Of a stretch of DNA of 64,000 nucleotides, positions 38,512-50,228 are shown piece after piece; positions within the stretch are counted from its first letter, which is position 1; every line of letters starts with the position of its first letter. The DNA lies in the NCBI GenBank assembly GCA_054600435.1, contig BAAIJX010000079.1, forward strand, positions 1-64,000, written 5' to 3'. The DNA is from Neophaeotheca triangularis (lineage: Eukaryota). The position numbers were made by a program, and so were the translations under genes. The notes under the pieces were generated by a model that worked only from the letters and a program-made list of their open reading frames with translations, was not told where the DNA came from and ran no database searches.

Positions 38512-39668
38512 GTCGCGGGAGCCTCGAAAAGCGGGGGATTTTAGCGAAGAGGGAGGTACTTTACTGCCCGTATTTGGTGAATGGAAAAGGAAATGCAGGA
38601 ATGTTGAGGATTGTATATATTTCGACATGTGCCTACAGTAGTCTACCTACGATACGATACGATACGATACCACCCAGCCGTCAACAGTAAAGATGTACGG
38701 TGCCATTGTAAGTGGGTATCATAGTGCAACGGAGCATTCCACGTCGACCAAGCAGATGCCTCGGCTTGCCTCTGCGAGAGAAGTAAGAAGAAGAAGAAGA
38801 GGAGGGAAAGGGGGAGAGGCGTCAGCGGCAGGCAGTGACTAGAATGCTACCTACCTTACGGTCCGATTTGACATGTCATGATGGTGGAATGATCGACAGG
38901 ACAGGACAGGACAGGACAGGACAGGGCTGGTAGATAACCGAATTGAAGTTAGAGAGAAGATGGCGTAATCCGAGAGATGGGAAGAGGCAGAGGCAAAAGG
39001 AGAGGCAGACGGGAGTTATAAGCTAAAGGTTGTATCATCTGACGCGTCCAACGAACGGCAGATGGCGGGATATATAGACAGGAGGAGGTACCTACCTAAG
39101 GGTTCTGGTGTCTGCAATGATCATGAGTTAGCTAGGTACCTATTCTTACCTGTGACTGCATTGCTCTGAGGCTTGGTTGTGAAAGCGATGCGATGCGATG
39201 CGATGCGATGCGATTCGATTCGAATGTACTGTAGTAGAGTCAAGGATGCCCAGCTGCCCGGAACCATCAAAGCAGCGACGCGCTGGTCACTGCGCAAAAC
39301 GCGCGCTACCCAAAGGACCACAACAACAACGCGTATCTAGGAAAGAACCTGAAGGCGAGACAGGACGGCAGAGTGACACAGACAGTGGAAAGCGATCACT
39401 CGCAAATAATTGAACTGATCAATGTAGTATTCTCATTGTTATGGCTCCATGAACGCCATGAGCCGGTATACTACAAAAGCAAATGCATGACTGAGAGCAG
39501 TCTGCGTATCATCCCATGACCCATTCCGCACCCAGCCCAGAAGCTCCATCCACCCAGTCGCGGCCTATCCGCTGCAGCGCGTGTGCATGTTTGGTGTGGT
39601 ATCGTGAAAAAAGCATGCAAAGTTGATCGTAATCGAGGAAGAGGTATTGTCGTTGTTGGTCGAGTAGC

Positions 39669-41117
<1,449 letters not shown>

Positions 41118-41877
41118 TGACTTCTCTTTCTCCCCTTCGACAATTACACGACACGATGATCATTTCACCACGACCTCTTCGGGCATGCGAGTGCTAGGAT
41201 GACGGGCGGTGGAAGAGATTTCTCTGGGCCATGTCGATCGACTACTACTCACGGGCGTTCATGGGAACTGGGTTTGCTTTGACAAATGGGCTGATGGGTT
41301 GAGATATCACAACGGTGCAACCGGGCAGGGAGGGTGGTTACCACTAGCAGCTCTGTATCATAATGACAATGATGCAGCAAAGGGCATCTTGCCTCTTTTT
41401 AACACTTCAAAGACCTTCTCAATTTCATTGTCAACCATCTTAACATTATTGACGCGTCTTGTCGTAGAAGGCTTGATGAACGCGTTGCCACTTCTCTCGG
41501 GCGCAATCTACCTCCTGGTACCGTTACCGGCTTCATCGCGACATCCCTTTATTCACAAGGCAAGTCCGAATGTCACCAATAAATGTGTAGCATCGCATTA
41601 TTCATCAATCAATTGGCATTCTCGTTACCCACGAAAGGGAGCCGGTACAGTTGTGAACTTGCTATGTGGTCGCAAGGCAAGCAGCTGCATCGTGTCGTGT
41701 CTTCTACCGCAGCGCGCTCCCCGCCAGCCTCGAAGCCGTACCGAGGCGGTGGGGGCCACCCAATTCTGCCCAAGACAATACTGCCGACACCTCCATAGAA
41801 AACATGCACATTAATCACCACACTTCTGTCATTCACTCACTTTCCTTACTTTCCATGTTTCTTCTTTATACAGCATA

Positions 41878-42699
41878 ATGATATTCCCCACAGCTGGACG
41901 GTCAACCATCCACCGCCTCCACCAGACCGTCCAGCGCAACCTCTCCCGAAACCACACCCAACACCGACACCAATCCACCAACAACCCCCCCACCCGCAAT
42001 GCCTACACAAGCAGCACTTCAGAAGCCCCACGACCCCAACAACCAACCTGGTGGCGCACGATCCCGCTCCCCTCAACCGCCTGGATCGAACCCATCATGC
42101 CCCCCTTCCGCGCCTACGGTCGCATGCAAGCCCGCAGTCCCAAAATCACCCAACTCTCGTCAACCCTCACAATCTACTACCTAGGCGACCTCTCGGCGCA
42201 AACAATCCTCAGCAACGGCTTCACCTCCGGCTCTTACGAGCCCATCCGCGGCGTCCGCGCCCTCATCATCGGCGGCATCATGTCCCTGCCCTCGTACAAT
42301 TGGTTCCTCTTCCTCGGCCGGCACTTCAACTACCCCTCCCACCTCGCCTCCCTCGCTGTCAAGATCTGCGTCAACCAGACCGTCTTCACTCCGTTGTTCA
42401 ATACCTACTTCTTCGGGATGCAGGTGCTTTTGGCTGGGGAGGGGGTGGGCAAGGCTTGGGAGAGGGTCAAGCAGACTGTGCCGACGAGTATCAAGAATAG
42501 TTGGAAGGTTTGGCCGTTGGTTACGGCTTTTAGTTTTACTTTTGTTCGGCCTCAGTTTAGGAGTGTTTTTGCCGGTGTGGTGGCTATTGGGTGGCAGAGT
42601 TATCTGAGTTGGTTGAATAGTCGGGCTGAGAAGAGGGGGCTGGTTGGGGAGGGCGCAAGTGATGGAGGAGGGAAGAAGGGTGGAAAGATGAGTGGCTGA
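41878..42699 (+). CDS. Mpv17/PMP22 family membrane protein with probable mitochondrial presequence
   Basis: YYLGDLSAQ, KICVNQTVFTPLFNTYFF, NSWKVWPLVTAFSFTFVRPQFRSVFAGVVAIGWQSYLSWLN. Confidence 0.9.
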   Translation: MIFPTAGRSTIHRLHQTVQRNLSRNHTQHRHQSTNNPPTRNAYTSSTSEAPRPQQPTWWRTIPLPSTAWIEPIMPPFRAYGRMQARSPKITQLSSTLTIYYLGDLSAQTILSNGFTSGSYEPIRGVRALIIGGIMSLPSYNWFLFLGRHFNYPSHLASLAVKICVNQTVFTPLFNTYFFGMQVLLAGEGVGKAWERVKQTVPTSIKNSWKVWPLVTAFSFTFVRPQFRSVFAGVVAIGWQSYLSWLNSRAEKRGLVGEGASDGGGKKGGKMSG

Positions 42700-43516
42700 G
42701 GAGATACTGCTTTTTGAAGAGCACGGCAATGGACTGTCGGTGGAGAGCGACGTGCTACGAGACTCTGTGGTCCTTTGGAACGATTTCACAGCGCCAGACG
42801 AGCTCTACAAGACTGCCAAAACCTGGGTACCGAGAGCTGGGAATGGCGAGCGATGAAGCGGTCTTCCATTCGAGTGCTAGCAGAGCCCACCCCATGAGCA
42901 GCTCCATCGCAAGGCCACCGACGCGCTGAAACCAGGTGTGACCAGGTGTCCTACCCTGATACAAAGCCTGGTGCCACTGTATGTCTGCTGCTCACTCCTG
43001 CATGGGAGAGAGTCGAGCACACGCAGCTTGCCCTGGCAACTCGTGCTATTTCACAGCGCAGGGGCTCGAAAAGTAATACGTTCGAATTTTCAGCGCATTT
43101 CACTGGACCCGCGCTGATGTCACGCGGTGATTGTGTACTAGGGATGGCCGTGGATCGGTGAAAGGGCTATGGAGAGATGTGTTCAGCCGTTCTTGTGAGA
43201 AAGACGTCTACGGGGCATGAAGCTGGGGCTCTCGCAAGCGAAAGCTGTCAATAGGGATGCAGGTTGGAGTAGAGACATGTACATGGATATCGAGAAATGC
43301 GTGTATATAGAGCTATAGAAGTGAAAGAATTATGGTCGAATACCTTACTGTCGCAATCAAAACCCACTGCAATTAGAGAACCTCGTGACCGCGCGTTCAT
43401 TACAGCCCCGCGCCGTACCTCCAACGACGCGCTCCATGACCCGCACATCAACGTCACGACCACCTAGCGCCACGGGCTTCTCCAATACTACGGAACTCCC
43501 ACAAAACAATGGCAGC

Positions 43517-43708
43517 ATGGCGAGCGCAAGTCAATCCCAAGACCCCTTGCCCTCCAGCATCCAAAGCGACTATGGCAGCGACATCGAAGAAACCGCCCTA
43601 ACCGAGCTCCTCACGCAAGCCGAGTCGCAACACCATCATCAACCGACCTCTCAAAACCACCACCTGCAAGTCCAACCCCTCGGTCCGAAACCTCCCACAC
43701 CACTACCC

Positions 43709-43752
<44 letters not shown>

Positions 43753-45318
43753 CGCCCCCACTATCCACCACTCTCAGCGCTTCGCCCGCGTCCGCACACC
43801 AGTGCGCAAGAAGTTCATCGATGAACTGGGCGTGGCTTTCGAGGCCGAGGTTTGGGAGGGTCCGTTGCGCGAGCCTTCGCTCGAAGTCGAGTACCATGAG
43901 GCCAATCGGGGAGCCTTTTCTCGTGAGTTCTTCTTGTTCCGTTCCGGCCTTTTTTTTTTTTTTTTTTGTTGGCGTCGACAGTTTGGAGCGGGTGAGCTGA
44001 CTTTTGGGGGCGCTTTTGCTGACGGTAGCGGCTTAAAGCTAGGCGGGTTGAAGGGGGGGATTTTCCTCGTGGGGTTCGGGAGGAGGGGGTTGGTGAGCGG
44101 GAGTCGAGGTCGCCGTTGCAGAGGTTCAGGTCTCCGCCTAAGAAGCCTTTGAGTGTTACCGATCTTGTTGGTCCTGCGTGGTGCGAGTTGCAGTATTGGT
44201 ATAATTTGACCAAGTATGGGCGGGTGCTGCAGACGCCGGCTATGAGGCAGGGGTCTGGGGTGCATAAGGTTTTGGAGGAGCAGGTTCATGGGAAAGAGGT
44301 GGCGGTGGAGGTTACGAGTCGCGAGGACGCTTTTGCGTTGAGGTTGTGGAATGGGATTCAGAGTTTGCGGACGTTGAGGGTTACGGGCATGACGAGGGAG
44401 TTTGAGGTTTGGGGTCTGGTCGAGGGTGAGGTGGTGATTGGGGTTATTGATGAGATTTGTACGACTTGTCCGGATGAGGCTGTGGAGGCTGGGATGTTGG
44501 AGGCCGAGGCTAGGGGTGATGGTGATGGCAAGAAGGGCAAATCGCTGGAAACGAACCAGACCACTCTTTCCAACTTCGTGAGCAATTCTTCGCGGGATGC
44601 TGGCGTTCTTGAAGATAGCAGCGCCTGGTTGGGAAGCTCCCACGAACGACCCAGGACCTTCTACGTCGTCGACATCAAAACTCGCCAATCTCGCTCCCTC
44701 CCCAAACACGGCTCACCCTCCCGTCCAACCCACATCCAACTCCAGCTCTACCACCGCCTCCTGACCTCTCTAGCCGCCAATACCATCTCCCCACTCCTAA
44801 TCTTCGACCGTTACCGCCTAGACCCCAATACCCCCTTCTCAGACAGACTAATCCAACAAATCGGCGGTCTCGATTTCAACTTCCCCTCCCAAACCAACTC
44901 CGACTCCGACTCGCCCGTGGACTTTGAAAGCCCCACCGACGCCGTCTCCGAGCTCCTCTCCCACAACAACCTCCACGCCCTGTGGACCCTCTTCATCACG
45001 GAACTCCAGAAAACCATCCCCAACCCCGCCACCTCCATTTCCCCACTCCTGACGGCAGAATTCCGCGCCGCGGATGATGGCAGCTTGATCGGCAAACGCT
45101 GTTTCGCTTTTGACGGACGCGCGCTGGATCGGTATGTTCGGGATGAGATGGGCTGGTGGAGGGGCGAGAGGCCTGCCAAGGGTGTTGAGATTGAGGATGC
45201 TTATAAGTGTGGGTTTTGTAAGTTTGCTGAGGGTTGTGAGTGGAGGTTGGGCAGGGTGGAGGAGCAGGCGCGGAAGATGAGGTTGAGGAGGGAGGGGAGA
45301 GGGAAGAGTTTGGTTTGA
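43517..45318 (+). CDS. EXO5: Exonuclease V (Exo5/Dem1), 2 exons (intron about 43923-44038)
   Basis: SDYGSD N-terminus, RSPLQRFRSPPKKPLSVTDLVGPAWCELQYWY, GSGVHKVLEEQVH, GMTREFEVWG..GVIDEI, DIKTR, QLQLYH, Fe-S cysteines KCGFCKFAEGCEWR; (AAC)n poly-Asn in exon 1. Confidence 0.92.
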
Positions 45319-45918
45319 GAGGAGAGAGAGAGAGAGAGAGGTTAGAGTTGAAATGGGGGGTTCAGCAGTCGTTGCTGGGTACTCGGCCTGAAGTGGGTTT
45401 ACTGCTGCTTGGGACCATGGGTTTGGGTCAAGGTGCTTTCAGCTCTTGAGCCAGCTTGAGTGCTTTGAATTCGGGGGGAAGCTGGCTGAGCGCTGGTGCA
45501 ACAGTCGAGCTCGGGATGCTGTCGACAGTTCTCGAGGCCACGATCTCGACGCGACTCATCATAGCACGAGCATATTCCTCCCCGACAATAGACCTTCGGC
45601 TGGTGCTTCAGGGGGTCATGCTAGGTATGAGCGTAGAGCCAGCGAGCAAGACAGAAGCAATGCCCCGACGTCGAGAGGGAAGAAAGACGACACTCATAAT
45701 CAGACGCAACCGGCCAGGCAGTGATAGCAGCAGGGACATGGAAGAGTCTTTACATAGAGCCGACCGAAAACGACCGCCAGGTTCGTCCCCGAGTAGCCAG
45801 CCACCGGCTCACCGGACCCACCCGGCAGAAAAAAAGGGTGAAGGAATTTTCTTCATGCAGACATCAATCAATATAGTCCAAAATGCAGTCGCTGTCGTAT
45901 CAATCAACAACCTCAACT

Positions 45919-46018
45919 GCCGGGGTAGCTCAATCGGTAGAGCGTGTGGCTCTTAATGAATTCTAGCGAGAGTTCAGAGATCACCTCAAGGTCGTGGGTT
46001 CGAGCCCCACCTTCGGCT
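45919..46018 (+). tRNA. tRNA-Lys(CTT) with 27-nt intron (45956-45982)
   Basis: Acceptor GCCGGGG/CTTCGGC, D arm GCTC/GAGC, anticodon CTT at 45952-45954, T arm GTGGG-TTCGAGC-CCCAC, followed by T-runs (Pol III terminator). Confidence 0.93.
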
Positions 46019-46714
46019 TTCTCTTTTTGCTCTTTTCCTCTCCAGCTTGGTAGCATTGCCTTTTATTTTTTCTGTTTTGGTGAGTTATGGATTGGCTTTT
46101 TTGTTGTGAGGGTCTGGCTGTGTCTGGAGGAAGGTTGATGGCTTACGGTCGATAACCGATGGATGAGAGGTTGGATGCTGTGGCCCCGCGCTTGATGGAC
46201 GACTTTCCATTTGTTTTAATCAGCTCGAGGAGACTTGTCGTGTTGCTTTTTACTCCTGTCACAGATTATGGAGGTTACGTTATCATGCTGTACAAGTCAT
46301 GTGTTCTCGCTCTCGACTTGCCTTTGCTTTCCCTGTTTTATCTTACTTCTGTCGTGCTAGATCAAACAATGACCAATGTTTTCCTCTTAATAGTATGCAC
46401 TTCCAACTCCAACCCATCAACCAACCAAAAAAGCAGCCATACCCGCGATATCGACCCCGAATACCCTTTAAAGACTCAGAATCATCAACAGAGGCCTCTT
46501 AGAAACCATCAACATAGAATGAATGTCTCAGCACCCTCGGTACCGCCACCAGACCCGATAATCAGGGTAAGAGTTTGGGTTGCAGCTGCTGCCTCAATCC
46601 TATTGGCTTGCCTCCGACCACGCTAGCTCGTGGCTAGCTTGTTGGCGCACCGTCTTGAGCGTCGTCTTCGACGTCTCTAGTGCGCGCTAGAGAAACGTTG
46701 GTGGTTTGCCGTTA

Positions 46715-46752
46715 GGGCCTGTTCGCAGTTAGGGTTTGGGACCACGGTGGTC
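46715..46752 (+). repeat. Harbinger left TIR
   Basis: GGGCCTGTTCGCAGTTAGGGTTTGGGACCACGGTGGTC; two G/A differences from the right TIR. Confidence 0.95.
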
Positions 46753-47054
46753 ATGGTCTCGGACCATGGTCACGGTCGCGCTATGGTCGGTGTCATAGGT
46801 CATAGCTCTAAAGGACTGTTCGTGGTCGGTCCGGCTCTAGTGGCTCTAGCCCTAGTGGCTCTGTCGGTGTATACGGAGGTACATAGGTACATCCGTCTTG
46901 GGCGCCTCGACGCGTCCCGTCTACTCGTTATATGTAAGCCGTTATTTTAGGTAGTTATAGGCCCTTAAATCAACTCTTATTACTGCTCCTACTACTGTCT
47001 CGTTCTACCTATACCGCTATACTCGAGCTACATCCTACTATTATTAGTATGCTA

Positions 47055-48320
47055 ATGTCAAAAGAGTAGAAGAACGCGCGCCAGAGGGAGCTCAGGGCTG
47101 TAAAAAGGCGCGTAATTGACGAGCTTAGAGATGACGAAGAAGGTACTAAAGATACTAGTAGTTAGAGTAAGAGGGTTAAGAGGGGCCATTTCTAGTAGTC
47201 GTAGGAGTAGGTATAGACTATACTTGATAAGCTCTTACAGATTACTCGTACTAGCGGTAGAGGTGATTGCTGTTTATATAAGCAGAGCGAGTGGCAGAAG
47301 CTAGTAGAGGCCCTTCGTACGTAGTATAGTGTAGACATTAACTAGGAGTAGTACTATAGCAAATTGTCGGTATATAAGACCGTATAGAGACAATAGAAGG
47401 CTTATTTAAGACAGCTCTTAGGGTAGGGAAGGAGTACTAAAGGGGTACCGATCCGGTTAGAGGCTAAGGAGGATTACTACTTTAGTATATAGATAGAGTG
47501 TAGGAGGTTTAGGAGGAGACTCCCGCCCTTCTTTAAGGAGCTCTTAGAGCTATTAGGTAACAAGTTACTACAAGGTAATTATGTCTCGTCGATTAACGAC
47601 CTTAGAGATGAGCTTCTTCTACCTTCTATTAAAGAAGGTCGTGCTATTATACTAGTAGATAAGCCTAAGTTAGAGCTAGAGTAGGAGCCGGTAGATAAAC
47701 TAGACTAGGAGCTACCGGAGTAGGAGCTAGTAATAAATAACATAGAGCTAATAGAGTAGGAGTAGTTACCCTAGAAGCGTGCCCCTACGACAGTCCGTAC
47801 CCCGTTAGTTACGCCGCCTATAACTCCTACTTATTCGTTAACACCGAGTAGGGGTTAGGCCGTTTAGACGACTAAGAAGAAGGTTACTACTATAGAGGTT
47901 GTCGCTAATTCAGCCTCTTAGATAGTAGAAGGGTTTACATGCCTTAGCTAGTAGTTTGTAGAGCTCAAGGTGCCCCCTACTACTAAGGTAATAACGCGGT
48001 TAAAGGCCTTACCTTACTTCTAAGCCTTAAGTCTTACCTACCGAGTTATGGCCTTCCATATTATCGTAAACGAGACCGTAGCTACTACCTTCTTACCCCC
48101 TATTACTAAAGAGGAGATAGTCGAAATGCTCTATACCGAGTTTATAGAGCGTAGTGTATAGTTGCCGTAGGAGGAGTCTATTAGTAAGGCCGTAATAGGA
48201 GTAGTTAAAGGTAGTATAGAAGAAGAAGAAGGTCGAGTAATAGGGGAAGAAGGTGTGTTTAGTGTTAGCGAGGTTAAGGGCTTTACTACCTTAGGCATAC
48301 ATTAAAGAAGCAGTAAGATA
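47055..48320 (+). pseudogene. Harbinger ORF1, Myb/SANT-like DNA-binding protein (RIP stops; end approximate)
   Basis: De-RIPed reading W-SQEQVQTMLDKLL..GGRGD...KQSEWQKLVEAL...EQ..SK...KTVWRQW...SGWG, the Myb_DNA-bind_3 pattern. Confidence 0.8.
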
Positions 48321-48339
48321 TAGCTATGACTATCTACTA

Positions 48340-49206
48340 TACTAATAAAACATGAGCTAAGGCGATAGACGAGACTACATCCTTATACCTCTATAAAATT
48401 TAAGCTAGTTACATAACCTTAGACATCCCTTAGACTTCATCCCCTTTAGACATACCTTCGTACGGTATACTCCTAGTAATAACTAGCCCTAGTACAAGAG
48501 GCCTCTTTATATGTCGACAATACTAGCGCCACATCCTCTAAGCAATACGGTCACGCCGCGTAGTGACAATAGGGCTCTTATAAGCACTAGAGGGCCGTCT
48601 AGTATAGCTGTATTCGTCGGTATTAAGGGTTAGGGGCGGTACCTCCTTATGCGCCGGTTAGCTATACGAGTTTATGAAGTTATGAAGGCTATAGAGCGTA
48701 TACACTAGCATTACCTACACCTTAATCGAATACCCTTGCCTAGGGCTATGTTTTAAGATCTCAAAACGAGCCTTAAGTACACTAAATACCCTCTTAACGA
48801 TGTTCTAGAGCTGTACATGGCGTAGGTTAAATAGTTCCTCTAGAGTCTCTAGTTTTACTTACGACTTATACTACTCCTTAAGGTGATACCGCATCTTCAA
48901 GTAGGGTGTCAAGAGCGTCTTGTCTATAGCTATATACCCTACATCTACGAGCTAGTATGCCCTCTTAGGTATCTCAAACCCCTTCATCTTAGCTATATTT
49001 AGTACGGTACCGTCGTTCGTAGAGCCCTCCTACCCTAGTAAGACATATACAAAGTTCATGTCAAAATCTACTACTACTAGCATGTTCTACGATATGAACC
49101 CCTTCTAGTTATGCTATAGACCTTACATATTAGCTAGTATTGCGGCTAGGATGTACGAGCCATTAAGAGTACTAACATACCCTCGAAAGAACGGCTAGAG
49201 CTTCTT
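48340..49206 (-). pseudogene. Harbinger DDE transposase, C-terminal part (end approximate)
   Basis: De-RIPed LWPFFRGCVGALDGSHIP..NRKGFISQNVLAAVDFDMNFVYVLPGWEGSANDG..WLADAGY..LLTPY..RYHLKEW..EELFNLRHAQLRNIVERVFGVLKARFEIL. Confidence 0.92.
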
Positions 49207-49367
49207 TGACACAGTACGACAGTATGGGTCAGTATGTATGGTGTATAAAAGATAGGATAGACTCTCTATCTACAGCTAAAGCTAGAAGTACACACTATAC
49301 ATACTCTCTCCCCCTCTAGGTAGGAAGCTATAAGCCACACCCACACTAGATAACTCCTGCCATAACA
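49207..49367 (-). repeat. 3' LTR (161 bp)
   Basis: Matches 61405-61565 with 14 transitions and no indels. Confidence 0.97.
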
Positions 49368-49408
49368 GGTAGGGGGCTCCTCATGCTTACTATGTCCTCA
49401 TTAAGCCA

Positions 49409-49675
49409 AGACCGTCATGGTCCGTAGGAACCGAGTCGGTCAGTTTAAACCGAGTCGGTCGGTCTAAACTGAGGGGGCTTGCCGAAACCGAGTGGGTTTG
49501 CCGAAACCGAGTTGGTTACGTCAAACCGAGTGGTTTTGTTCGAACCGAGTCGGTTAGTAGGCATCTAGATAGAGTAAAACCGTGCGTGGGGTCCAAACCG
49601 TGTCCGCGGCTTCAAACCGCGCTAGTAGGTTCAAACCGCGCTAGCAAGTTCAAACCGCGCTAGTAGGTCAATCCG
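49409..49675 (+). repeat. 19-bp-phased AAACCG motif array (two blocks, about 14 units)
   Basis: Motif starts at 49409, 49428, 49447, 49466, 49485, 49504, 49523, 49542; then 49577, 49595, 49614, 49633, 49652, 49670. Confidence 0.92.
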
Positions 49676-49813
49676 TAGTAGTAGGTTCGCAGCTCGTGGT
49701 CTAAGGCCGACGGAGTTAGGGAAGAGTATTAGCGTGTCACGCTACTAGGATGAGAAATTAGTGGACCGCGATTCTATTCGATGTGTAACTAAGGAAATAT
49801 CTCGAACTACGGG

Positions 49814-50047
49814 TAGGCAAAAGCCTTCGCTGGATGGAAATCGCTTGTGGGTAGGCGAAAGCCTTCGCTAGATAGAAATTGCTTGCAAGTAGGCGAAAGC
49901 CTTCGCCTAGTGACGCTAAGTTTCGGACGCGGGCTCCGGAAACTGAAGGCAGGTGAACACCTTCGCCTTAATCGCTATATCGGCAGGCAAAAGCCTTCGC
50001 CTAGGGAGAAACGCTAAGCTTAGAGGCAGGTAAAAACCTTCGCCTAG
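49814..50047. repeat. Six copies of palindromic AGGY-N4-RCCT-TCGC motif
   Basis: Copies at 49814, 49852, 49890 (38-bp period), 49950, 49984, 50027. Confidence 0.88.
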
Positions 50048-50228
50048 TAGACTAGAGGGAGAAACAACGTAGGACAGAGGAGCGCGCATCGCGGTTATAC
50101 GGCTAGGCCGAAGTCTACAGCTACCTTGTTAATTTTTTAGGTCAGTGTTGTCTCACTATATCCCGCGCTGACGCGCCGTAGTTTATATAGTCTTCGGACC
50201 GTGGCACTCCTAAGGAGTAAGGAGCGCA

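Noticed and set aside
46728..46740. Interstitial telomere
   Set aside because: Only one or two TTAGGG-like units, and they are part of the Harbinger TIR.
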